A DNA stretch of 64,000 nucleotides from an uncultured delta proteobacterium (lineage in GTDB: Bacteria > Desulfobacterota > Desulfomonilia > UBA1062): the NCBI GenBank assembly GCA_963785235.1, contig CAWAUM010000011.1, forward strand, positions 192,001 to 256,000. Reading direction: 5' to 3'. The notes under the pieces are model-generated. The model searched no databases. It saw nothing but the letters and a program-made list of their open reading frames with translations, and was not told the origin of the DNA. Position 1 is the first letter of the stretch, and each line of letters starts with the position of its first letter. Shown one piece after another: positions 19,646 to 30,139 of this stretch. The position numbers were made by a program, and so were the translations under genes.

Positions 19646-20879
19646 ATGATGAAAAAAATCTTGATCATCGGGGCCGGGACAGCAGGGACCATGATGTCGG
19701 TTCACCTGTCGCGCAAGCTGGACCGGAAGGAATGGACCATCACGGTTCTGGACAAAGATGAGAACCATTATTACCAGCCCGGGTATCTCTTCATGCCATT
19801 CGGGATCTATACAAAACACGATGTGATCCGCAAAGGTGCGAAATATATCCCAGCAGGGGTCGAATATCTGCTGGCCGAGGCCGAGCAGATCGTTGCCGAC
19901 CAGAACCGTGTCAAACTGAAAGACGGCCGCGAGATCGCCTATGACATCCTGATCATTGCCACCGGCACCACCATCCATCCCGAAGAGACCCAAGGCATGA
20001 TGGAAAATGGCTGGCGCGAGAACATCTTTGATTTCTACACCGCTGACGGCGCCGAGGCCCTGGGCAGGAAACTGCCCGGTTTCAAGGGCGGCAAGGTGGC
20101 GATACATGTGGCGGAGATGCCCATCAAATGCCCGGTGGCGCCCCTGGAAATCGCATTCATGACCGACTGGTATTTCACGCAGAGAGGGATCCGCAAGGAC
20201 GTGGCCATGGATTTCGTCACCCCCCTGGCAGGGGCCTTCAGCAAACCTCTCACCGCCAAGGTCATGGGTCACATGCTGGGTGAGCGCGGGATCAACATGG
20301 TGGCCGATTTCGGAACCGAGCGGGTCGAACCCGGAAAACTCATCAGTTATGATAACCGCAGCGTGGATTACGACCTCCTGATCACTACACCGACCAACAT
20401 GGGTGATGCACTCATGGCACGTTCCGGTCTGGGAGACGATCTCAACTTTGTGCCGACAGACAAACACACCCTGCAGGCTGCAGCCAAAGACAACATCTTC
20501 GCCCTGGGCGACGCCACCAACCTGCCCAGTTCCAAGGCCGGCTCGGTGGTCCATTTCCAGTCCGAGATCCTCACCGAGAACATCCTGAGCTATATCAAGC
20601 GGCAAGGAGCTTAAGGCCAGCTTTGACGGGCATTCCAACTGCTTCATAGAATCGGGCTACGGCAAGGCCTTTCTCCTCGATTTCAATTACGACCTGGATC
20701 CGGTGGAAGGCACCTATCCGTTTCCCGTAGTGGGCCCTTTCAGCCTGCTGAAGGAGACCCGCCTCAACCACCTCGGCAAACTGTCCATGAAATTTGTCTA
20801 TTGGAACATCCTGCTCAGGGGCATCCCCGTGCCCGGAATTACCTCCAAGATGGGCAGGGCAGGCAAGATAATTCCTTAA
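19646..20879 (+). CDS. sqr: Sulfide:quinone oxidoreductase-like flavoprotein (type III-like); frameshift near 20605
   Basis: GAGTAG, HYYQPG, IKCPVAPLE, FALGDA, SKAGS; second frame FDGHSNCFIESGYGKAFLLDFNY...NHLGKL to TAA 20877-20879. Confidence 0.85.
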
Positions 20880-20943
20880 GGAGTCCGTTACCGCATCAAA
20901 AACATAAGGTATCGGGAAACCGATGCATGCAAAGGAGATGAAC

Positions 20944-21258
20944 ATGGCCACAAAAGAGATTGCAGGAAAAACTTTAAATGTAACGGAAGACGGGTATCTC
21001 ACTGATCCGTCCCAGTGGACGCGGGAGGTGGCACAGGCCATTGCCGCCGAAGAGGGCATTACCCTCACGGATGCGCATTGGAAGGTGATCGACTTTTTGA
21101 AGAAGGACTTCGCCGCGACCGGTGTACTGGCATCCATGCGGCGGATAAACAAGACCGGCGGTATCCCCACCAAGGAACTCTATGATCTGTTCCCGGATGG
21201 ACCGCTCAAGAAGGCCGCCCGCATCGCCGGACTGGCCAGGCCCACAAGCTGCGTATAA
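20944..21258 (+). CDS. TusE/DsrC family sulfur relay protein (terminal Cys only)
   Basis: EDGYLTDPSQW, LTDAHWKVIDFL, LFPDGP..AARIAGLARPTSCV. Confidence 0.92.
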   Translation: MATKEIAGKTLNVTEDGYLTDPSQWTREVAQAIAAEEGITLTDAHWKVIDFLKKDFAATGVLASMRRINKTGGIPTKELYDLFPDGPLKKAARIAGLARPTSCV

Positions 21259-21271
21259 AGGGGAGGACATC

Positions 21272-21742
21272 ATGGCTGACGAAAAGATTAAGAAGGTATC
21301 GATTGTCTGTTCCAAGGGATCCCTCGAAGGGATCTATCCGGCCCTGATCATGGCCAACGGAGCCCGTATGGAAGGGATCGAGGTGAACCTCTTTTTCACC
21401 TTTTTCGGGATGGACGCCATCACCAAGAAGAAGATAAAAAAGATCAAGGTCGCCACCGTCGGCAACCCGGCCATGGGCATACCGACGCTTATCGGCGCAC
21501 TGCCCGGCATGTCCGCCCTTGCCACCAAGATGATGCAGAAAAAGATGGACGCCCTCGATATCCCGCCCATCGACGAATTTATCGAGATGATCAGCGCGGC
21601 AGGCGGCAAACTCTATGCCTGCAAGGCCAGCGTAGACATGTTCGACCTGAAAAAGGAGGACTTTGTCGACGAGGTTCAAAGCATACTGACCGTGGGGGAC
21701 TTTTATGCCCTCGCCGCTGGAGGCCAGATAATCTTTACCTGA
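21272..21742 (+). CDS. DsrE/DsrF/DrsH-like (DsrE2) sulfurtransferase family protein
   Basis: YPALIMANGA, LFFTFFG, LYACKAS. Confidence 0.9.
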   Translation: MADEKIKKVSIVCSKGSLEGIYPALIMANGARMEGIEVNLFFTFFGMDAITKKKIKKIKVATVGNPAMGIPTLIGALPGMSALATKMMQKKMDALDIPPIDEFIEMISAAGGKLYACKASVDMFDLKKEDFVDEVQSILTVGDFYALAAGGQIIFT

Positions 21743-21839
21743 TCGTGCCAGCTGTCATGGACAACATCGTGTCACCCATGATAGGTTAAGCGGTAGCTGG
21801 TAACCCAGCCCATGATTGATTACCTGTTAGGGGGAGCAC

Positions 21840-22409
21840 ATGAGCAAGGTCAGCATCGGCGCAAATACCTTTGTCTATCCCATGCCCGTAACCCTGCTGG
21901 GTGCCATGGTGGGCGGAAAACCCAACTTTATGGCGCTCGGCTGGTTGAGCAGGGTCAATGCCAACCCTCCGCTTTTGGGCATAGGGGTGGGGAAACACCA
22001 CTACACCATCAAGGGGATCGAGGAATCCAAAGCCTTCAGCATCAGCTATCCGAGCGCTGATATGATGGATATCACGGATTACTGCGGCATCGTATCAGGT
22101 GAAAAGGCCGACAAGGCGGGCCTTTTCGAGGTGTTCTACGGCGAGCTGAAAAACGCGCCCATGATTACGCAGTGCCCCTTATGTCTGGAGTGCCGGCTTG
22201 TGGAAAAGAACGAGTACGCCACCAACATGTGGTTTGTGGGGGAGATCGTAGGCGGTTATGTCGATGAACACTGTCTGAAGGATGGCAAGCTTGACATCAA
22301 GAAGATGAACCCCCTGTTGCTCACCATGCCCGACAACTCTTATTGGACAGTGGGAGACTATACCGGTAAGGCCTGGGGGTCGGGCAAGGACTTTAAAAAG
22401 AGGAAGTGA
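21840..22409 (+). CDS. Flavin reductase family protein (flavoredoxin-like)
   Basis: YPMPVTLLG, DYCGIVSG, APMITQCPLCLEC, FVGEI. Confidence 0.9.
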   Translation: MSKVSIGANTFVYPMPVTLLGAMVGGKPNFMALGWLSRVNANPPLLGIGVGKHHYTIKGIEESKAFSISYPSADMMDITDYCGIVSGEKADKAGLFEVFYGELKNAPMITQCPLCLECRLVEKNEYATNMWFVGEIVGGYVDEHCLKDGKLDIKKMNPLLLTMPDNSYWTVGDYTGKAWGSGKDFKKRK

Positions 22410-22497
22410 CCTGCCTGATTACCCTGGATTTGATCCAACCGCATTTATGAGACAAACCTGCCTTGAATGTTCTCCTATTTAGGTATGGAGGTAAGCA

Positions 22498-22914
22498 ATG
22501 AAGTCCTTTCGCAAAGAGCTCTGGTTCAATACGGATAAACGAGTAGAGTTCATCAATATTACACCACAAATTAATCAGTGCCTCAAAGAAAGCGGGATCA
22601 GAGAAGGCCTGGTTCTCGTAAATGCCATGCACATAACGGCCAGTATCTTTATCAATGACGATGAAGGCGGGCTTCACCATGACTTCGAGGTATGGCTTGA
22701 AAGACTAGCGCCCCACGGCCCTGTCACCCAGTACCATCACAACGTTGGAGAGGACAACGCGGATGGCCATATGAAGCGGCAGATAATGGGCCGGGAGGTG
22801 GTAGTAGCTATTACCGAAGGTGTGCTCGATTTCGGCCCCTGGGAGCAGATATTCTACGGCGAGTTCGACGGCAGGCGCAGGAAGCGGGTGTTGGTGAAGA
22901 TCATAGGGGAGTAA
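22498..22914 (+). CDS. yjbQ: YjbQ family protein (UPF0047)
   Basis: [29 protein letters not shown]. Confidence 0.9.
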   Translation: MKSFRKELWFNTDKRVEFINITPQINQCLKESGIREGLVLVNAMHITASIFINDDEGGLHHDFEVWLERLAPHGPVTQYHHNVGEDNADGHMKRQIMGREVVVAITEGVLDFGPWEQIFYGEFDGRRRKRVLVKIIGE

Positions 22915-22988
22915 AAGAAGGGTTTAGCTTTTGAGTTCAAAAGAACTACGACGGATCACGGAAACATAAGCCCTGCTTACGGATTTGA

Positions 22989-23183
22989 TCATCCCTTCCA
23001 GTGGATGCATTCCACAGGACATGAGTCGATGGCATCCTGGATAAGGTCTTCAGGACCTCCCTCAGGCTTGATTACCTCGGCAATATTCTTTTCTTCGTTC
23101 AGCCTGAACACCTCCGGGCAGGTATCCTGACATACGCCGCATCCGATGCATTCTTCTTCCACAAGATAGACAACCCTGCTCAT
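22989..23183 (-). CDS. Single-cluster ferredoxin
   Basis: CIGCGVC..CPEVF...SCPVECI. Confidence 0.93.
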   Translation of the reverse strand: MSRVVYLVEEECIGCGVCQDTCPEVFRLNEEKNIAEVIKPEGGPEDLIQDAIDSCPVECIHWKG

Positions 23184-23207
23184 AAAACCTCCTGAGAGTT
23201 CGAATCG

Positions 23208-23468
23208 TCAGACACTGATTTTTTTCAGTTCATCCATCGGGCACCTGAACGGGAATGTCCCGGTCATGAAGAATCCCGCTATTGCTTCGACGATCAGTCG
23301 ATCATGGAAGGGCTCGTTGAAGCTGCATGTCTGCCCTCTTGCTTTTTTCCTATGCTCATAAACACGGATAAGATGGTCACCCATGATATCGATAACGTCG
23401 AACAATGGGTCCATCGTAGCGGCTTGCGTTGTTTTTGAGACATTGCTTTTATAATTCTTCTTATGCAT
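23208..23468 (-). CDS. Hypothetical protein
   Basis: GAGGAGG RBS before the ATG at 23468; upstream of and co-oriented with the ferredoxin. Confidence 0.5.
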   Translation of the reverse strand: MHKKNYKSNVSKTTQAATMDPLFDVIDIMGDHLIRVYEHRKKARGQTCSFNEPFHDRLIVEAIAGFFMTGTFPFRCPMDELKKISV

Positions 23469-23687
23469 ACGTAGCCTCCTCGCCCATGGGGAATGATAGT
23501 GATATGGGGTTGATATATACAATTCCCGTACCAAGTGCGATAATATGAAATGCCAAATAAAAACAAAAAGATATCAGAACGTAAAAACCGAAGGTCATCA
23601 TAGTATCTCTCATCTCGCAGGATGAGTCTTGTCTGGCAGGACTCATCCAATGAAAAAAGGCTTCTGCATAACTGGGAAAAAAAGTAC

Positions 23688-23759
23688 CCATTCAGAACAC
23701 GTATCTCGCACTAACTCTGTTAATATGTCGGTATAGGACGAGATACTTGTTCTGAACGG
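23688..23759. repeat. Inverted repeat with 21-bp arms (CCRTTCAGAACA-N-GTATCTCG)
   Basis: Arms 23688-23708 and 23739-23759 with 2 mismatches; related to the repeats at 40134 and 47729. Confidence 0.7.
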
Positions 23760-23923
23760 CCTGATCCTTGTCTGAATCTCAAAAAGATATTGAAGCTGTG
23801 CGATGGTCTCTCAGAGGGAAGCAGGCTTGTTTGATCCATTGAAGAGGGTGTATGCTAGGAGAGTGATTCCGGGCATCCTTTTCTCATATGCCCGGTTTGA
23901 ATAATGACAACCAGGGGGCATCT

Positions 23924-24709
23924 ATGGACTTTGAAACCATTATTCTCGATCAATCAAACGGCATTTCCACTATCCGGATGAACCGGCCCAAGGAGATGAA
24001 CACCCTGAACTTCGGGCTTACAAAGGACATCCTCAAGGCATTGGAGGTGTGCTGGGACGATGCTGCAACAAAGGTGGTCGTCATCACGGGAAGCGGCAAG
24101 GCCTTCTGCGCGGGTGGTGATGTCGTTGCCTTCAAGGACGCCGCTGACATGGGTGACGCCACTAGGCAGATGACCAAGGACTTTGACCCGCTCATCTCGG
24201 GCATCAGAAGAATACATAAGCCGGTCATCGCCATGATCAACGGGGTTTGCATGGGTGCCGGCCTGTCACTTGCCGCTGCCTGCGACCTGCGCATCTGCGC
24301 GGCATCGTGTGTGTTCCGCCAGGCCTACACATCGGTGGGCCTCACTCCCGATGGTGCCTGGAGCCTGCACGTACCGCTGCTCATCGGGTTCGGACACGCA
24401 AGTGAGCTTATCTTCACAGACCCCATGATAGATGCCAAGAGGGCCTGCGAGATGGGCCTGGTAACCGAGGTGGTGGACGATGCGGAGCTCGAGGCCAGGA
24501 CCATGGAAAAGGCCGGGCGCATGGCCAGGGGGCCGCTAACGGCCTATGCCATTGCCAAGGATAACCTGAACCGGGCCATGCTCGCACTACTGGAGTCTCA
24601 GCTTGAGCAGGAACGCTTAGGCATCATGAAGGCCGGCAGGACTCATGACGCCGGCGAAGGGATTGCTGCCATCCTGGAGAGGCGTAAACCGGAATTCACC
24701 GGGGAATAA
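23924..24709 (+). CDS. Enoyl-CoA hydratase/isomerase family protein
   Basis: AFCAGGD, KPVIAMING..GAG, CDLRI, GLTPDGA. Confidence 0.93.
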   Translation: MDFETIILDQSNGISTIRMNRPKEMNTLNFGLTKDILKALEVCWDDAATKVVVITGSGKAFCAGGDVVAFKDAADMGDATRQMTKDFDPLISGIRRIHKPVIAMINGVCMGAGLSLAAACDLRICAASCVFRQAYTSVGLTPDGAWSLHVPLLIGFGHASELIFTDPMIDAKRACEMGLVTEVVDDAELEARTMEKAGRMARGPLTAYAIAKDNLNRAMLALLESQLEQERLGIMKAGRTHDAGEGIAAILERRKPEFTGE

Positions 24710-24722
24710 TTTCTAAGGACCT

Positions 24723-25472
24723 ATGAGCACGCTCCTGATAATCAATGCCGATGACCTGGGCTTGAGCAGAGAGGTCAATGCCGGGATAGTATGGTGTCTT
24801 GAGCATGGCTTTGTAAGTGATGCATCCCTTTTGGTAAAGGCTGTCTATGCTGAGGAGGCAGTGGCAGGGCTCAAGGCATTAGATATCAGACATGTTGGTA
24901 TACATATTAACCTTGATGAGGTGTTTGGCTGGAGACCGGGCGGCATTGAGCGTATAGCAAGGCCAGTACTTATGGGTATGATGAAAGACCAGGGATTTCT
25001 TCAGGAGTGTGCACATGAGGCCAGGGATCAGATAGAGACCTTCTTCTCTCTTGGCCTTATACCCACACACATGGATACCCACCATCATGTGCACGGGTTC
25101 TTTCCCATCTTCCAGATACTTGTCGATCTCTTGCGGGAATACGGTATTCCGGCGCTGAGGTTCAGCAGGCACGGATACCTCCTTCCCACGCGCAAAAATA
25201 TTCCCTATGATAATGAAATCTTTGCACATATGGAAGATATACTCAGACGCAAGGGCATAGTGTATTGCCCACACTTTTTGGAAGGCGCCATGAGAGTCCA
25301 TGATGCCATTTTGGGGGCAACAGAGCTTGTGGTACACCCTTCCCTTGGTGGAGATCCATGGAGAGCGGAAGAGTTGGAGATCCTTCAATCAAAGGCAAAG
25401 GCCGACAACCTGGGGCATAGTCGTATAAAACCGGTCAGCTTCAGGGATCTTATTCAAGAAAAGGACACCTGA
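24723..25472 (+). CDS. ChbG/HpnK (YdjC) family deacetylase
   Basis: IINADDLG, GIHINL, THMDTHHHVH, ELVVHP. Confidence 0.9.
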   Translation: MSTLLIINADDLGLSREVNAGIVWCLEHGFVSDASLLVKAVYAEEAVAGLKALDIRHVGIHINLDEVFGWRPGGIERIARPVLMGMMKDQGFLQECAHEARDQIETFFSLGLIPTHMDTHHHVHGFFPIFQILVDLLREYGIPALRFSRHGYLLPTRKNIPYDNEIFAHMEDILRRKGIVYCPHFLEGAMRVHDAILGATELVVHPSLGGDPWRAEELEILQSKAKADNLGHSRIKPVSFRDLIQEKDT

Positions 25473-25479
25473 TTCATGA

Positions 25480-25743
25480 TTATGTTTTTTTGTCCAGTTC
25501 CCTGTTCCGTAAGGTTATACTCATATCTGCCAGTACCATGAGGCCGTTTACGGCATAAAGCGTTACCACCCAGTCAAGGTTGTAGAATACCTTGTGGAGA
25601 ATGCCAGCCATGTAACCCACAAAAACGATAATGAGGAATGCCATGCTTTTGCCCTTGGCGGTCCTGGATGAGATGGACTTATAGATGGATGCCGGCCAGG
25701 CTGACCCGAAACAGATAAGCATGGTTATCTCGAATATGCTCAT
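25480..25743 (-). CDS. Small 3-TM membrane protein (PQ-loop/SemiSWEET-like)
   Basis: MLICFGSAWP..YKS...AKGKS; three hydrophobic segments. Confidence 0.65.
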   Translation of the reverse strand: MSIFEITMLICFGSAWPASIYKSISSRTAKGKSMAFLIIVFVGYMAGILHKVFYNLDWVVTLYAVNGLMVLADMSITLRNRELDKKT

Positions 25744-25890
25744 GCAAGATTTCCCTCCTTTATCGCTGCCTGTTTAGCGTCTAAGGATAGGTAACATGGA
25801 TAACGCTGAGATGACAGACTAAGCACGATCGTTCAAATATTTTATTCCGGATTTCTTGCACTATGATGAACGGTGAGGCACTTCATGAAT

Positions 25891-25926
25891 AAAGGCCAGA
25901 GGGCTATAAGAAACCCTCCGGCCTTT
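25891..25926 (-). terminator. Hairpin downstream of pilC
   Basis: AAAGGCCAGAGGG...CCCTCCGGCCTTT. Confidence 0.55.
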
Positions 25927-25949
25927 ATATTTATCCATGAGGAAATGAC

Positions 25950-27143
25950 TTACATAGCCGATGCCATTTTGAAGATGGGCAGATACATGGCCACCACGAC
26001 AAAGCCGATGATGCCGCCCAGGAAGACCATGAGCATGGGCTCCAATGCAGAGGTCAGGGCCTCTACCGCCGTATCCACCTCTTCATCATAAAAATCTGCT
26101 ATCTTTCCCAGCATCTGATCCATAGCGCCTGTTGCCTCGCCTACGGCAATCATCTGCACTACCATGCCCGGGAAGAGGCCTGTCTGCTCCAGGGGGTCGG
26201 ACATGGTCCTTCCTTCGCTGATGGCCGTTCTCACAGTCCTTATGGCGTTTTCAATAATCATATTGCCGGCCGTTTTTGATGTTATCTCAAGGCCGTCCAT
26301 GATGGGAACACCCGATGAGATCATGGTGCCCAGGGTTCGGGTGAACTTTGCCACAGCTACTTTCCTTATGAGCGACCCGAATACCGGGAGCCTTAACATC
26401 ATCTTGTCGGTGTAGAAACGTCCCTTCTCCTGAGTCCTCACCCATTTGAACCCAACGATAAATGCGATGATGAAGCCGATCATAGCCCACCAGAAATTCC
26501 GGAAGAAGGCGCTTAAGTTCACTATGAACTGGGTGGGGGCAGGCAATGAGGAGCCGAACTGTTTGAACATATCACTGAAGGTAGGGATAACGAAGATCAT
26601 GAGGACCGCCACCACACCAAAGGCAACACACAACACTATGATGGGGTATGTCATGGCGCCCTTGACCTTGTTCTTCAGGGCTTCATTCTTCTCCATGTAC
26701 ACGGCAAGGCGGTTCAGTACCGTATCGAGCACACCGCCCACTTCACCTGCTGCGACGAGGTTTACATAGAGGCTGTCAAAGACTTTCGGGTGTTTGCTCA
26801 GGGCATCTGCAAAGGTGCTCCCTCCTTCAACATCCCCTTTAATTTGTGATGTCACTTTCTTGAAACTCGGATTGGGTTGCTGGGATGATAATATGTCAAG
26901 GCACTGGACGAGCGGCAACCCGGCATTGATCATGGTGGAGAACTGCCTGGTGAAAATGACAATTTCCCTTGTCTTGATCTTCTGCTCGAAGAGGCTGATA
27001 TTCTTGGGCTTAGCTTTCAGTTTTGTAGGGACGATCCTCTGTCGCTTGAGGATCAAGGCGGCAGCGGCCTTATCGGTAGCCTCGATTTCGCCCTTCTTGA
27101 TACTACCGTTGGCGAGCTTGCCTTCCCAGACGAATACTGACAT
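25950..27143 (-). CDS. pilC: Type IV pilus platform protein PilC
   Basis: FTRQFSTMINAGLPL, AGEVGGVLD, AMYLPIF. Confidence 0.95.
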   Translation of the reverse strand: MSVFVWEGKLANGSIKKGEIEATDKAAAALILKRQRIVPTKLKAKPKNISLFEQKIKTREIVIFTRQFSTMINAGLPLVQCLDILSSQQPNPSFKKVTSQIKGDVEGGSTFADALSKHPKVFDSLYVNLVAAGEVGGVLDTVLNRLAVYMEKNEALKNKVKGAMTYPIIVLCVAFGVVAVLMIFVIPTFSDMFKQFGSSLPAPTQFIVNLSAFFRNFWWAMIGFIIAFIVGFKWVRTQEKGRFYTDKMMLRLPVFGSLIRKVAVAKFTRTLGTMISSGVPIMDGLEITSKTAGNMIIENAIRTVRTAISEGRTMSDPLEQTGLFPGMVVQMIAVGEATGAMDQMLGKIADFYDEEVDTAVEALTSALEPMLMVFLGGIIGFVVVAMYLPIFKMASAM

Positions 27144-27146
27144 GGG

Positions 27147-28250
27147 TTACCTCCTATCCGTTCCGGATACGTTCCTGTGCTGTGCAGGTGAAGCTATCAT
27201 CTGCCGTAGCTCCTCAGGGTCCATGGACCTTCCCAGGGCATCATCCAAGGATATAAGTTTACGCATATAGAGATTCAGAAGAGTCTGGTTCATGGTCTGC
27301 ATGCCGTGCTTTGTCTGCCCTACCTGCATCTGGGAGTAGATCTGGTGCATCTTGTCTTCCCTGATGAGGTTCCGTATGGCAGGTGTCATCATCATCACCT
27401 CGGCGCCGAGCACCCTGCCTTTTCCATCCAGCCTGGGGATGAGCTGTTGGGAGATAACCGCCTCAAGTACAAAGGCCATCTGGGCGCGAACCTGCGACTG
27501 CTGGTGAGACGGGAACGCATCTACGACGCGGTTAACTGTCTGGACTGCTGAGTTTGTGTGCAAGGTGGCGAACACGAGGTGGCCTGTCTCGGAGATCGTG
27601 AGTGCTGCCTGCATGGTCTCCAGGTCTCTCATCTCTCCGATGAATACAACGTCAGGGTCCTGCCTGAGGATGTATTTAAGGGCAGTCACAAAGCTCTTGG
27701 TATCAGCGCCGATTTCACGCTGGTTAACCAGGCAGCCTTTGTGTTTGTGAACGAACTCTATGGGGTCTTCAATGGTTACGATATGATCATGACGCTCAGT
27801 ATTGATCTTGTCTAAGAATGCGGCCAATGTCGTGGATTTTCCGCATCCAGTCGGCCCTGTCACCAGGATCAGGCCCCGGGGAAGCGAGGTGAGTTTCTGC
27901 ACAACCGGCGGTAAGCCCAATGATTCGAGTGCCAGGATCTCATAGGGGATCATCCTGAATACGCCTGCCAGGGCACCCCTCTGGATAAAGATATTGGCCC
28001 TGAATCGTGCAACACTCTTGATGCCGAAGGAGAGGTCCAGCTCCTGTTCCTCTTCGAACTTATGCTTCTGAGCCTCGGTGAGAATGGAATAGAGCAGTTC
28101 GCGGGTTGACTTGGGGTCCATTACCGGTACATCCAGGGGATAGAGCTGTCCCCTGACCCGGATCTGGGGGGGTGATCCCGTAGTGATATGCAAGTCTGAA
28201 GCGCCTTTTTCAACCATGGATTTGAGCAAGTCATAAATAGAATGTTCCAA
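27147..28250 (-). CDS. pilT: Type IV pilus retraction ATPase PilT
   Basis: GPTGCGKSTT, LRQDPD, TLHTNS, AIRNLIRE, GMQT. Confidence 0.96.
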   Translation of the reverse strand: MEHSIYDLLKSMVEKGASDLHITTGSPPQIRVRGQLYPLDVPVMDPKSTRELLYSILTEAQKHKFEEEQELDLSFGIKSVARFRANIFIQRGALAGVFRMIPYEILALESLGLPPVVQKLTSLPRGLILVTGPTGCGKSTTLAAFLDKINTERHDHIVTIEDPIEFVHKHKGCLVNQREIGADTKSFVTALKYILRQDPDVVFIGEMRDLETMQAALTISETGHLVFATLHTNSAVQTVNRVVDAFPSHQQSQVRAQMAFVLEAVISQQLIPRLDGKGRVLGAEVMMMTPAIRNLIREDKMHQIYSQMQVGQTKHGMQTMNQTLLNLYMRKLISLDDALGRSMDPEELRQMIASPAQHRNVSGTDRR

Positions 28251-28263
28251 TGAATCCTCCTGA

Positions 28264-29973
28264 TTAATCGGCCATTGTTGTTCTTAAGATCTCTGCCACT
28301 GAGATAGACCCATCAAGGACTTTTGAAAGGCCGCTTTGCCTCAGTGTCTTCATACCCTGGGAGATGGCCTGGTTCTTAATTTCGGATCCGGATGCACCCA
28401 TGAGGACAAGCTCCCGTATGGCCTCTCCTACGGGCATAACTTCATACAGCGCTATCCTTCCCTTGTAGCCTGTGTTTCCGCATGAAGGGCAGCCCCTTCC
28501 TATCATACACTCGGCACTGTTCGCAGTTTCACGGTCCAGGCCCATCTGGATAAGTGTTTCATGGGAGGTTTCTTCATCCCTTGTTTTGCATTGGGTGCAA
28601 ATCTTGCGTGCAAGTCTCTGTGCCACGATCAGGTTGACGGAAGATGCCACCAGGAAAGGTTCTATACCCATGTTGAGCAGCCTGTTTATCGTTGAAGGGG
28701 CATCATTGGTATGGAGCGTTGAGAGTACGAGATGTCCTGTCAAAGCAGCCTTGATGCCTATCTCTGCGGTTTCGAAATCCCGGATTTCTCCTACGAGGAT
28801 GATGTCCGGGTCCTGCCGGAGGAAGGATCTAAGGGCAGTGGCGAAGGTCAGGCCGATTTCCTCATGCATCTGGACCTGATTCACCCCGGGCAGATTGTAT
28901 TCTACCGGGTCTTCGGCAGTGGATATGTTGCAGTCGATTTTATTGAGCTCTGAAAGCGCTGAATACAATGTTGTTGTCTTACCGGAACCTGTGGGGCCGG
29001 TTACAAGGACCATACCCCATGGCTTGTAGATGGCCTCTTTGAAACGTACAAGGGCCTCTTCTTCAAAACCGAGCTTGGCCATGTCAAGCTGGAGGTTCGA
29101 TTTGTCAAGGATTCTCAATACGACCTTTTCGCCGTAAAGGGTGGGCAGCACCGAAACCCGGAATTCCACCTCCTTGCCGCCTTGTATCTTAAGTTTGATT
29201 CTGCCGTCCTGGGGCAGTCTCCTTTCGGCGATATCAAGCTTTGCCATGATCTTCAGTCTCGAGACCAGCGCGTTTTTCATTCGGATCGGTGGTTTCATGG
29301 CCTCATGGAGCATGCCGTCCAGCCTGAATCTTATCCTTAAGAATTTTTCATAGGGTTCGATATGAATATCGCTCGCCCCTTTTTTAATTGCATCCACAAG
29401 GGTCAGGTTTACCAGTTTGATGACAGGGGCCTGGTCTGCTTCCCTTTCCAGGTCTCCTACCGCGAGGTCGTCACCCTCGGAAGCGATTTCGACTGCCCCC
29501 CCACCATACTCCTCCATGCTGTTAAGGGCATCATCAAGAGATGCGCTCTGGTCATAGAAATGATCTATAGCCCATTTGAGCGAATCCTCCGAGGTTACAA
29601 AAACTTCAATGGAATAACCTGTCAGGAACTTGAGGTCATCAACTGCGAAAATATTAGCAGGATCGGTCATGGCCACCTTCAGGGTGGCACCGTTTCGATC
29701 AAAGGGGATGGCATGGTATTTCTGGACAACATTTATAGGGATGAGCTTTACAATTTCAGGGTCAGGACTCAGGTTCTTAAGGATAACCGCCGGCAGCCGA
29801 TATTGTTTGCCGAGAAAATCTACCAGCTGCTCCTCGCTGAGGTGTCCGAGTTTGACAAGCTGGGATCCCAGCCGGACTCCCGAGATTTTCTGTGCCTTCT
29901 GTGCCTCAAGGAGTTGGTCGCTTGTAATAAGAGCATTTTTTACTAACTGCTCGCCAATACGCTCATTTGCCAT
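28264..29973 (-). CDS. pilB: Type IV pilus assembly ATPase PilB
   Basis: N-terminal RIGEQL/RLGSQL, ERRLPQDG, GPTGSGKTTT, Zn-binding CxxC pairs. Confidence 0.96.
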   Translation of the reverse strand: MANERIGEQLVKNALITSDQLLEAQKAQKISGVRLGSQLVKLGHLSEEQLVDFLGKQYRLPAVILKNLSPDPEIVKLIPINVVQKYHAIPFDRNGATLKVAMTDPANIFAVDDLKFLTGYSIEVFVTSEDSLKWAIDHFYDQSASLDDALNSMEEYGGGAVEIASEGDDLAVGDLEREADQAPVIKLVNLTLVDAIKKGASDIHIEPYEKFLRIRFRLDGMLHEAMKPPIRMKNALVSRLKIMAKLDIAERRLPQDGRIKLKIQGGKEVEFRVSVLPTLYGEKVVLRILDKSNLQLDMAKLGFEEEALVRFKEAIYKPWGMVLVTGPTGSGKTTTLYSALSELNKIDCNISTAEDPVEYNLPGVNQVQMHEEIGLTFATALRSFLRQDPDIILVGEIRDFETAEIGIKAALTGHLVLSTLHTNDAPSTINRLLNMGIEPFLVASSVNLIVAQRLARKICTQCKTRDEETSHETLIQMGLDRETANSAECMIGRGCPSCGNTGYKGRIALYEVMPVGEAIRELVLMGASGSEIKNQAISQGMKTLRQSGLSKVLDGSISVAEILRTTMAD

Positions 29974-30139
29974 AAATCACCTTCCTAATGACTATCGGCA
30001 ATTGGAGAGGCTGACTTTAACAAGGTAAAATCAGCATTCAAAGGTGTAATCTTTCTCGTCAGAATAAAGTTTAATTATCCTAACACCATGAGCCAAAAAA
30101 CCAGGGTATAATGATAATAATTAAGGCGTTATGCTATCT

